From the NCBI GenBank assembly GCA_977020255.1, contig CDROCS010003202.1, positions 186,001-249,265 on the forward strand: 63,265 bases of DNA, given 5' to 3'. The stretch's first letter is position 1. Each line of letters opens with the position of its first letter. The notes below the pieces were generated by a model. That model saw only the letters and a program-made list of their open reading frames with translations. It was not told where the DNA came from and ran no database searches. Positions 9,200 through 20,099 of this stretch are shown here, piece by piece. The DNA comes from Obrimoposthia wandeli (lineage: Eukaryota). The position numbers were made by a program, and so were the translations under genes.

Positions 9200-12100
9200 G
9201 AGTTTTTTATAGTTAACATTTGTAAAACAGTATTATTGTTAGTTGATCTTAAATTATATTTGTGACTTTTTACTTTTGTATTTTTCTCAGGTATTTCTCG
9301 ACATCTGCTTATATGTGTTCTTATTTCTTTTGATTTTGGTTCATTATCTAGTTTAGCTGTTATGTTGGTTCCGTTGGTACTAATAACTGTATATGGTCCT
9401 TTGTATGGTTTTGATAATTTGTGTGATAATCCTACATTGATTTGTGGATTGTGAATCATTACTTTACTTCCGATTTTTATATTTGATGGCTTAGTTCTTC
9501 TATCATAATATTCTTTGTAATTTTCTTGTATGTTTTTTACAAATAATTTAGCTTTTTCGAATGCTAGTTTTATTCTTTCTCTTATTTCTATTTTGTATTC
9601 AGGTATTTCTAGGTACTGTGTAGTAGGTTGTAGTAATGTTAGGTCAATATGCATTTGAGGATCTCTGAGGAACATAAGGTAAAAAGGTGTTTCTCCTGTA
9701 GATGCATGTACTGATGTTCTATATGCAAAAGGGCATGGAGGTATATGTAAATCCCAATCTGTTTGGTTGTTGTTTGTGTATGATGCCATCATATCTTCGA
9801 GGGTTCTATTAAATCTTTCTACTAATCCGTCGGTTTGAGGGTGATATGGAGTTGTATTGATCTTTTTTATGTGAAAAGTTTCAGCTATTGACGCTAATAC
9901 ATTATCTATAAATTCAGGACCTTTGTCGGTTAATAATTTCCGGGGTGCACCGAAAGTAAAAATAATTTTTTCGACTAAAACCTTCGCGATGGTTTCAGCC
10001 TTATGATCATGTGTTGGAAAAGCCTCTGGCCATCTTGTAAAATAATCAGAAAATACTATTATATATCGATTTCCTCGGGTGTTTCAGGTAATGGCCCCAT
10101 TACATCCATGGCAACAGTTTCCATGGGGGCTGATGGATACGGTATTGGTTTTAAAGGTATTTTTGTGGTACGTAAAGTGTTTTTTTGTTTAAGACATATT
10201 TCACAAGTATTACACCAATTTTTTACATCTTCTTTCATATCAATCCAATAATATTTTAAGTTTAATCTCGAATGTGTCTTTTTTGTTGAAAGATGTCCTC
10301 CTAAAGCTCCGTTATGATATTGAAGGAGTAATTGGCCTTGTATTTCTTTAGGAATAACTAGTGAATACAGATTTTTATCGTTTAGATAATGTAAAATATT
10401 GTTACTGAATTTATAACGAGATTCATGAATTTTTAAATGTTTTCTTAATTTTTCATCTGTTGGAACTTGATTGATGGTGATGTACTTAATTATTTGTTGT
10501 ATTTCCGAATCTTTGCTTTGAAGATCGGTGATTACTGTTTCATCATATCGAGCTTTGATTATTGTAAAAAGATTTAATTCGATGTCATTGGAATTTATTA
10601 CATTTACTTCTTCTCTTATTCTAGATAGGCAATCTGCGTTGGCATTTGATTTACCTTTTCTATATTTAATTTCAATATCATATTTTTGTAAAATTAACGC
10701 CCATCTCATTAATCTAGATGTCGTATCTTTATGATTTAGTAGCCACTGTAATGGTCGTTGATCGGTATAGACGTGAACTTATCGACCTAATAAGTAATGT
10801 TTAAAATGTTCCATTGCGAAACAAATAGTGAGGCATTCTCTTTCTATAGTTGAATAATTTATTTCGTGTTTTTTAAGACCTCTGTTTGCGTAAGCTATCA
10901 CATGATCTTTTTCGTTATTATCTTGTTGTCCTAGTACTGCTCCTAACGCATAGCCACTTGCGTCAGTCATTACTAAAAATGAATTGTTGAAATTAGGATA
11001 TCTAAGTATAGGTTTTTCAATCAATTTTTGTTTAAGTACTCGTATGACTCTTGTTGTTCCGTTTCCCATTCAAACTTTTCATCCTTTTTAATAAGTTTAT
11101 TTAACGGTGTCGCTATTTGTGCGAAGTTTCTGATAAATCTACGATAATATCCTGCAAGTCCTAAAAATTCTTGTATATTTTTTACTGTTTTTGGGATCGG
11201 AAAATTCTTTAATTTTTCTATATTACTTTCATCTGGTTGAATTCATTTTGCAGACACTGCGTGACCTAGATAATTCACTTTGTCTTTCATCCATTCACAC
11301 CTTTTTGGTTTTAATTTTAAACCTGCTATTTTTAATCTAAGAAATACATTTTCTAAATCTTTTAAGTGTTCTTCAAAATTTTTTGAAAAAATAAGAATAT
11401 CGTCAATATAGACCATGACATGATCGGCGTCCATTAAAATGTGGCTCACGCATCTCTGAAATGTTGCTGGAGGACCTGTTAATCTAAAAGGTAAAACATT
11501 AAATTCGTATAATCCTTCTCCTGTTGAGAATACTGTTTTTTCTTTGTCTGATTCATCTATTTCTATCTGCCAATATCCACTTTGTAAATCTAAAGTTGTA
11601 AATATTTTTGCAATTTTTAATTTATCCAAGATTTCATCGATTCTTGGGAGCGGATATGTGTCTTTATGTGTAACCTCGTTTAATTTTCTGTAATCTACGC
11701 AAAATCTTAGTGAACCATCTTTCTTTTTTACTAAAACAACTGGAGATGTCCATGCTGAAAAACTTCTTCTTATGATTTTATTCTCTAACATTCCTTTTAC
11801 CTGTCTTTGAGCTTCTTCTCTGTAAGCGTATGGGATACGGTAAGGTCGTTGTTTAATTGCTGTATTAATAGTTAAAGGAAGGTTATGTTTAATTAAATCT
11901 GTTCGTCCAAGGTCATATTCATTTTTTGCAAAAATTACGTCATATTTTTCTATTAATGATTTTAGTTTTGATTTCTCATAATCATTTAATTTAATATTTT
12001 CAAATTTTACAGTGGAATTGTCTTCTATTTTTTCATTATTAATTAATTCTATATTTTCTATAACGCTTATTTTTCCAAGGCACATTCCTTCTTTTAGATG

Positions 12101-12490
12101 AATCTCGTTTATGTCTGCATTTAGTATTCTGATTGGTATTGTATTATTTTTTATTTTACAAATTATATTTGGTAGAACGTAATTTAGTGTTTCTTGTTGA
12201 TATTTATAAGGTTCGAATAATATGTCTTTTTCTGTAATTATGTTAGTTTCTAGTTGTAATATTGTTTCTGTTCTAGGTTGAAGGATGATGTCTCCTTTTA
12301 TTTCTAATTCGTATTCGCTTTTAGCGTTTGATCTGTAAATGTCTTTAATTTGATTTTTCTCGAAGTCAAAATGAAATTTTTTTCCTAATTTCCTTAATGT
12401 ATATATTCCAATTATCATCTGGCATGGACAATTTTTCATTATTCTAGTAGGTATTTTTATAAATTTATCTCCTATTTTAAAAATGCAATC
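9200..12490 (-). pseudogene. pol: Gypsy pol (C-terminal half of protease, RT, RNase H, integrase) with frameshifts and stops
   Basis: RT 'TLDLQSGYWQ' and 'YIDD'; RNase H 'VMTDASGYALGAVLGQ'; integrase zinc finger 'HNGALGGHLS...CNTCEIC' and 'VAMDVMGP'; GPY/F-like 'LSKPYKGPYTV'. Confidence 0.95.
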
Positions 12491-12507
12491 TAATTTACCA
12501 ATAATAT

Positions 12508-13530
12508 TTACGGGTTGACAAATTTTGTTGGTGTAGTTTTTGCATTATATATTTTTTCTTTACTTAAATATATTCCTTTATAATTAGTTGTATAAATAGA
12601 GTGTCCACATCGGGATTCCTCTTTCTTTTTAATAAATCGCATTCCAGAACCTTGTTCTGTTGACATTAGAATAGTTGGGGTTGATGTTTTTTGAATTTTT
12701 CTTGTCCTATATTTTTTATGTATATCTTTTGGCACTCTTTGATCAAGTTCCGGGTCATCTTTAAATTTTTGACCTTGAATTATTTGAAAATTTTCAGATT
12801 TAAGGAGTATTAATTTACATTGGTCTGTTTTTACCTTATAATATAAAATTGAGGATCCTGTATTGCAATGACTTATATTTGCTTCGCAAAATGGCATAGT
12901 TACCATATTATTTGTAGATGGGTCAAATGTTGCTTTGAACGTTCTTAGTTCTACTTCAAAGTTTTTTATAACTACTAAACCACTTTGTTTGACTCCCATC
13001 ACAACGTATGTGCCTGTTGTACATGTACCGTCAGATTTTATTGTTCCTATTACTGTAATCATTTGTTGTATAATTTTATTTTTTACTGCTCGTACTTTAA
13101 TTTCTCTATCTATTCTTAGTTCTCCTGTTGCAAAATCGTCCTTACAATTTAGTGCATCGACAATTATTGATATTTTTCCTAGTGCAGGTTTGACAATTGA
13201 GTTATGGCTGTGTTGTCCGCAATATGTTATGAATGTTTCTACGTGTACCCTACACTCGAAAATTTCTGTATTTAGGAAATCTGTTTCCTGGTATACATGG
13301 AATAACTTGGTGGTTTTGATTTTTACTTCGTTTGGGTCGGCATTAGCACATTGTTGCAAATCCATCAAGGAATATTTATTTTGAATACTATATTTTGAGC
13401 AATCATACGCTTCCAGGGCATTAACTGGTTTTATTATATTTGTAATTATATATATCGTAAATATTACTTGAATTATTTTCCATAAATTCTGGATGATTTT
13501 GTTGAAATTATAAGTATTTTTAAGAGTTGT
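12508..13530 (-). pseudogene. N-terminal half of a chuvirus-like / herpes gB-type (class III) fusion glycoprotein
   Basis: Signal-like 'LWKIIQVIFTIYIITNNIKPVNA' is followed by 'LEAYDCS...SLMDLQQC', 'ECRVHVETFITYCGQHSHNS', 'GTIKSDGTCTTGTY' and 'FCEANISHC'. This cysteine spacing is recalled from chuviral G proteins. The ORF is truncated at a junction into protease. Confidence 0.7.
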
Positions 13531-15200
13531 CTTTTTACTATTTTTTGGTGTTTTTTACTTTTTGATTTTGTATTTTGTGTTTGAGTAGTTTGATTTATTG
13601 TTTTACTTATTTGTGTTCTTTTTTCTAATGTTAGACAACCATTTCTAAATATATCTCTTAATTCCGATTGAGAGTTGGTACTATTTGTGTTTTGCTCATT
13701 GTTTTGGTATTGTTGATGTGTTTCTTTGTAGCGATTATCTATTTCTTGTTGTCTTAATCTCATCAATGTGACTTCTTCTGTTTCCTGAGTTATATCAGTG
13801 TTTTCAATAGTATGTATTGGGTTTCTGTAAGCATATTGTTGATTTTGATTGTTAAACTGTACTGTTTTTTGAATCTGTGGTTGTGGTTGTTGTTGTTGTT
13901 TTATTGTTGTGTTACCAAATTGGTTCATCATTGTATTTAGTTTGCTACATTCATCAGTATTGTGATTTTTCATATTACAAATTTTACAGAATTTTGTATT
14001 AGTATTAAAATATTTAGCTTGATTATTAAAATTATTAAAATTATTATATGGGCTTCTAAAATTACTATTTGCATTTTTGAAATTATTATTTGGATTATTA
14101 AAGTTATTATTTTGTGATCTTATATTATTACCTTGTCTGTATAACAATTTTCAGCAAGTTTCAATAGTATGATTGTCTTTTTTACAAAATCTACAAAATT
14201 TGTTTGTTATTTTATGACAATTTTCTATTGTGCGATTTTGCAGTCCACAATTTGTACATTTCTGGAAAGGTCTTTGTGTAATTTGTGAGTCTGTATAGTT
14301 TCTGTTTGTTTGATTTCTATAAAAGTTATTTGTCGGTGGTGTATATTGTTGTTTGTTTTGGTAATTAGATTGTGAGTTTGGGTTGTAGTTTTGAGTTTGA
14401 TTGAAATTTGGTGGTGTTGTTGGTCTTTGTATTTTTTCAAATGTTAATGCTGAAATTTCAGATTATTGTAACTTGTTTAATCTTGTTTCTACAAGTTGAG
14501 CTTTATTTACAGCCTGTTGAAAATTTTCTACTTCTAGTAGTGCTGGGTGATTTTTTATTTTATTGTTTAGCCCATATAGAAACTGATGTAGGAGTAAGCG
14601 TTCTCTTAAGACTTCCTCAATTCCGGGAAATGATTTTAAGGCTAATCTTCTTAATTCAACTGCAAAGATATTTGTGGGTTCTCCCATATGTTGTTCACGT
14701 TGCCTAAATTGGTTAAGGTAATTTTGTTCTGATTGTGCTCCTAAAATAATATTTTGAAAATTCTGGACCAAATGAACCCATGTGTCTTTCTGTTCATTAT
14801 TTAATCCTCTATAAATTGTTAAGGCAGTGCCCTTTAAATACGCCGGAAAAACCCTAAGTTTCTCTACATTAGTCCATTCAAATGCCTGAGCAAATGAATC
14901 AAATCTATTTAAAAATTCAGGTAGTGAAGATTTATCGCCATTGAAAGCGTCTAATGGAACATTTAACTTATGTTCAACCATTATTTGAGGTTGATTGATT
15001 ATTTGTTCGTTGTTTATTTGTACAATATGTGGTTCTGGTACGGCCACTGCTTCCGTTATCTCTGACGAACTATCCGAGTCAGATGTTTGTGGTGTAGGTA
15101 AACTCTCTGTATTTGAAGTTAATGTTAGGTTAAGATGTTCTGAGAGTGAGGAAGTCTGTGTAATTAATCGTTATTTGTTGTAAAACTGATTTGTGATTTG
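13473..15200 (-). pseudogene. gag: Gag (capsid domain plus zinc-knuckle-like motifs), frameshifted
   Basis: 'LDAFNGDKSSLPEFLNRFDSFAQAFEW' and 'FRQREQHMGEPTNIFAVELRRLA' match the Retrotrans_gag pattern. Knuckle-like 'CKICNMKNHNTDEC' is present, with a second near 14150-14200. Confidence 0.9.
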
Positions 15201-16639
15201 GGTCTTTGAATCGTTTTTTCACTGGAGTCTGTCCTAACTAATCTTGTTTGAATTCTTCTCCAGTAAAGGCTAGCGCTACGTTTTTGTTTATTTATTTTGT
15301 GTGTCTGTTTTTTGTGATAGTACTTTGGGTTTGTGTTGTTATAATTTATTTTAAAATTTCAAAAACAACTTTTGTGACAAAATGAAAAATGCGTAATGCG
15401 TACTGAAACTAAAAATATTTCGGTGATATTCGTAAAGGTTATTTGGTCAATCTCAAAATCAAGTTCTCTTAATAATATCAAAAACACGTTCTTTGAAAAC
15501 CTCCGGAGAAAATCTATCTATCCGAAGTTTTATTTGATTTTATGTTGTTTTTAATTTTTAGTACAATAACAAGACTCAAAAATTTCTCTCAAAAATCTCT
15601 GTCCCTTATCACTTTGAGCACTACCACCGCCAACCAGTATATAGTCTTTATATGATAGCACTCGACGTAACTTGGAAAACAAGACAATTTGCGACAAAAT
15701 TTTAAATTTTTTGATCAATTTTATTTTTTATACAAAAATATATTTATATGATTATTTTAAATTTTATTTTACTATTACGCCTCTAATAGATAAATCCACT
15801 CCAGTTTATAGTTCTCAAAAAGGAATCTTTATTGGTAAACCAGTTCGAAGGAAAATGTTTTAAAAAAAATTCAAAATTTATTGTATTTGAGTTGTGCTTC
15901 GTTTGTTGATTATTTTTTAAATATATTTGTCAGTGTGCAAAACTCTATCCGACAACAGCCAGTGTTTAGCCTTTATGTGAACAGAACTCCGAAAACCAAT
16001 AAATTATTTTCTATTAATTTTACAATTAAAATGATCAACACAACTCAAATTATAAAAGAAAATTAGAGAACAAGACTCGACTATGTTTCAGAAAACAAAA
16101 TTATGTTTAATCTTAGGAGGCTTGTGCGCAAAGCTGCAAACACCTCAACTATAGGGAAAATTTAAAAATGTCAAATATAATTGTTAAATAAATAAAAATA
16201 TTCAATATATAAGTAAACTATAGTTAAAAATGCAAAGAAATTTTTAATCTTTCTATAAATATAAATGATTCTCACAAAATCAAGATAAATATAACTATTA
16301 TATTCAAAATAATAATAGTTTATATAATTTTTAAGTTAAATTCCTAACTATTTAGTATTTTAAACTTACGAGGCTTGTGCGCAAAGCTGCAAACACCTCA
16401 ACTATATGAAAAACTATGAAAATTGACAAAGTAAATAAAATAAACTAAAATAAACAATATAATATCAATTTACAGAGTAATTTTAACAAAATATCAATTA
16501 TAGTAATGGTTTTTAAAAATAATTAAAATCAATGATCTAAAATCAATTTACAAGAGCAAACAACAAGATAAAAGGTAAATGAAATTTTAAAACAAATAAA
16601 ACAAAAGTAACTAGCCTGTTTTCCTCGAAAATCTTGTGC

Positions 16640-16657
16640 TCTTTGTCGAACTCACCA
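16640..16657 (-). promoter_or_regulatory. Primer-binding site (TGGTGAGTTCGAC...)
   Basis: On the minus strand, TGG starts 3 nt after the LTR end AACA. The same TGGTGAG junction recurs at 28680-28690. The cognate tRNA was not identified. Confidence 0.7.
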
Positions 16658-16660
16658 AAT

Positions 16661-17509
16661 TGTTAATAAAACTGGTAAAAAAGAAAACGAATTAGTATAT
16701 TAATCAAATAATTTCTGAAACGCTTCTGTAAATCAAATAATCTCTGAATTGTTTCCGTAAATCAAATAATTTCTGAAACGCTTCTGTAAATCAAATAATA
16801 TCTGAATTGTTTCCGTAAATCAAATAATTTTGGTTCAAATAATTTCTGAAACGCTTCTGTAAATCAAATAATATCTGAATTGTTTCCGTAAATCAAATAA
16901 TTTTGGTTCAAATAATTTCTGAAACACTTCTGTAAATCAAATAATATCTGAATTGTTTCCGTAAATCAAATAATTTCTGAAACACTTCTGTAAATCAAAT
17001 AATATCTGAATTGTTTCAGTAAATCAAATAATTTTGGTTCAAATAATTTCTTTTAATTTTTGTTGAATCTTCTAAAATTTATTAGCACAAGAAAATAAAT
17101 TATCCTTTATAAATAGGTAATGTCAATATCCACACAAAACTGCAGTATGGTCTGGACTAGGTGTGTGATCACTGTCACCGACCGCACACACACACAACGA
17201 ACCACAATCACCGCAGAAGAGACAGATGGATCCAGAAAAGGAGATCAGAGATCCATAGACAGGCAGCAGTTCAGGGCAAAATGAAAAAATCAGGACACCA
17301 GATTGCACACGGGCATGTGCATGTGCAATTTGACTTTGGCAGCACTGATAGATTTAGGATGCGAAATCGACGGCTGATAGAACACACACAGTCATAGATT
17401 TCAAATCAATAACACAACACAATGTCATTGGCAGTACTGCTGGCATTTTACAGAGATAGAGGGAGAAACGAGACCGCAATTCCCACTTAGATAACATCGA
17501 CAGATAACA
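16661..17509 (-). repeat. 5' LTR, truncated (lacks the hammerhead-containing segment)
   Basis: Near-identical to 3244-4212 apart from tandem-array copy number and a short internal deletion. Homology stops at 17501. Confidence 0.85.
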
Positions 17510-18340
17510 TAAGTTCATTTAGGACCTTGAAGGCATTAGCTTTGAAAGTCTGAAGATCAGGAAAATTTATAGTGATGGTTCAGGGTCAGGGTTATCCTAT
17601 AGTGATAAATACATTTCAATCGACCGTCAGATTGAAAATATGTAATTTTGAAAATACGTTACTAAAAATAGAAGAACAAAGAACATGAGTCAAAAATTAT
17701 GTCATTAATGAATCATGGTCTTTGTTCTCTGATAACAAAGACTATGAGTCATCAATTTGAAAATAAATGCCACGATACATCGAAGAGAGAAGGGAAAATG
17801 TATTTGTTTCAAAAGACAAGTCTCCCCCTACTGACGCATACTTAAATCTGCTGCACATAAACCACATTTTTTGATTAAAATTAGAATTGAATCCAGCTTT
17901 TGTTCACTGGATTCTTGACACATTGGATTGGTATGTAGCGTTGAAATGAGTCATAAACTCTTTCTTGGCATTCCTTGATATTTTAAAAGTATATTTTTTT
18001 AATTGTATTGCAGAAGAATTTAGAGTTATTTCATTCATTTCGATTGAAAAACCCTTAGTATTATTACGTACAGTACGAACCATTGTTGTTTGTTTTGCTA
18101 GCAAATCTTTAGAAAAACCAATACTGTCAAAAAATTGTCACACCTTATATTTTTTGCCTTTCCTCTAAGCGGATACATAATTTTTTTCACAACTTGGTCG
18201 TCAAGGCTTTCTCTATTCTGCTTTGACGTTTTCAACCAGGATCCAAAATTTGAGGCCAAATTTGTCCGACTATTTAACCATATATTCAACAAATCTACAT
18301 CGTGCTTTCATTGGCATAAATTGCTTTACAACACATAGTG
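17510..18340 (-). pseudogene. piggyBac-like transposase remnant with its 3' terminal region
   Basis: 'VVKKIMYPLRGKAKNIRCDNF' and 'KQTTMVRTVRNN' resemble the PGBD 'GRNITxDNFFTS...TTLVGTxRxN' motifs. The terminal part matches 940-1258 in inverted orientation. Confidence 0.7.
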
Positions 18341-20099
18341 AATAATAATGAATAAAATTATTAGGACATTTTTGAAAAATTTTATCAGAAATATTGAAAT
18401 ATAAGTAAACAGAGCAGTAGTAATGCACTCAATATTTTTTCTCAACTTATCATCAAAATTTCAATGCTATTTTATGATTCAGCAACAAAGAAGAATTCTG
18501 AATTTTTCAAACTTTAGGAGTTTGATCCATTTATCTTTACTGTATTGCAAGAAACTCTTTGAATTATTCAAAAAGGCTACTTGTTGTGAGCTTTAAAATG
18601 CACGGGGTTTATGAACAAAAGTATTATCAAAATATAAAACTTATAAACATATACATTAGTTGACATATTTACGTTTCAATACATGAAATTGTTAAATGAG
18701 TGCTTCATAAAATATCTTCAAAACAAACATAGCAGTTATTAAATATTAAATTACATCTAAAAAATCTGGAGAATAATAAATAATACACAATAAACCTTAA
18801 AAAAATGGCATGAAACCTAAATATAACGTAAATAAACATAACAATATTCCAATATAACGAAATGATTTGCTCAATCCATAAAAAATCTAAACATTCTAAA
18901 TGCAAATCATTAATATAATTTTATCCCTTTTATAAGACAGTTTTTTATAAAACCCAACACAATTTTCTATGCAATATGCTTTTCTTAAACTTAAAAATTA
19001 TTTATTCTTTCTTACATTTCATAAAATAAATTTATGTCTTCGTTTAATAATCTAAAAAATCTTATATATTTAATTCGGTAGAGATTCGTACAAATAGTTA
19101 ATTTTTGTACACTTTTATATTCTTAAAAAATAATTATATTTGTTATGAAAAAATTTATCTGTAATAATATTTTAAAAATCTAATTTTTTTTATCTATTCT
19201 TTCACATAAGATGAATAAGCAAGTTCATTTCCTAAATATGAGTTAAGATATTTTTAACATTTTAATTATAAAATATAGATTGTAAAAATTTGTTACTTTT
19301 CAAAATTGAAAATTATGTATCAATTAATTTGAATATATTATGTTAAATTTCCCTTACTTATTAAGATAATATGAATATTTCCAAAAATGAAAAGATGAAA
19401 AACAAAATTAAAATAAATATTTTTATCAATAAATTTTTTATTTTCTGATATAATAATACGATATATAAAAATTGAGTTTTTAAATTTAATTGTACTAAAA
19501 AAAAATCTTTAAGGAAAGTTTTACAAAATAAAATAAAAAATAATAAAGTGAATATTTTAATTTTCTTTTATTCATTTTACAAACGTACTACTAAATTTTA
19601 AATAAAGATAAATATTAATAAAATATCCAGTTCCACATATCTTTTAAAATACTTAAATGTTTGTTTTAAAATGTCTAAATGTTGCATTTAAATATATCGA
19701 AATTCAAAATATTTAAACTTTAAGGTCTGATAAATTTCACAATTTACGCGGATATAAAATTCATCTGATAAATTTAGCTTTAATAAAATCTAATGTTCAA
19801 CATATTAATTTAATATAAAACTTTTATTTTAGTAAGTTTGTATTAACTTACATTTTTTTGTAAATGCGTTGTATAACGCTATATAGTTTTCATTATTAAA
19901 TTTGAAAAGCTGCTCATTTAATAATATATAATTTGAAGAGAAAAATATCTACGTATTTGACAATAAAATGTGTTTTAAAAATAAATATCAAACATTAATG
20001 GAAATGAAAAAAAATTATAAAATCGTTTTTGCTTAATATAAACAATTAATTGAAAATATTAATTAAAAATATTACTTTGTTTGGATTGTGGTATCAAAA

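Larger units (their letters stand above)
6750..9200 (-). pseudogene. Second env-like membrane glycoprotein, in frame after integrase and split by the solo LTR
   Basis: Signal-like 'IMMLLVIYVAVKSNLIKVNA' near 9150-9060. Removing 7616-8741 plus one TAAG gives a continuous frame (NLKNITLYERIIETHLYLASLLK...DNRECVITNK). There are several N-x-S/T sequons and a TM-like 'FFITIIIIETCTLIIKITW' near 6950-7000. Confidence 0.6.
3244..17509 (-). mobile_element. Ty3/Gypsy LTR retrotransposon with two env-like genes and accessory ORFs (degenerate, about 14.3 kb including a nested solo LTR)
   Basis: Direct repeats 3244-4212 and 16661-17501 are near-identical. A PBS follows the upstream LTR, and gag plus PR-RT-RH-IN in Gypsy order lie on the minus strand. 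No target-site duplication could be tested because the 5' LTR is truncated. Confidence 0.85.

Noticed and set aside
12935-14707. Plus-strand ORFs overlapping gag/env (12935-13384, 14408-14707) and similar antisense ORFs over Maverick and RAB3GAP1 genes
   Set aside because: These are shadow frames of real coding sequence on the opposite strand.
3240-17514. Target-site duplication for the large Gypsy element
   Set aside because: The left flank TATA does not match the right flank TAAG. The 5' LTR is truncated, so the true end is missing.
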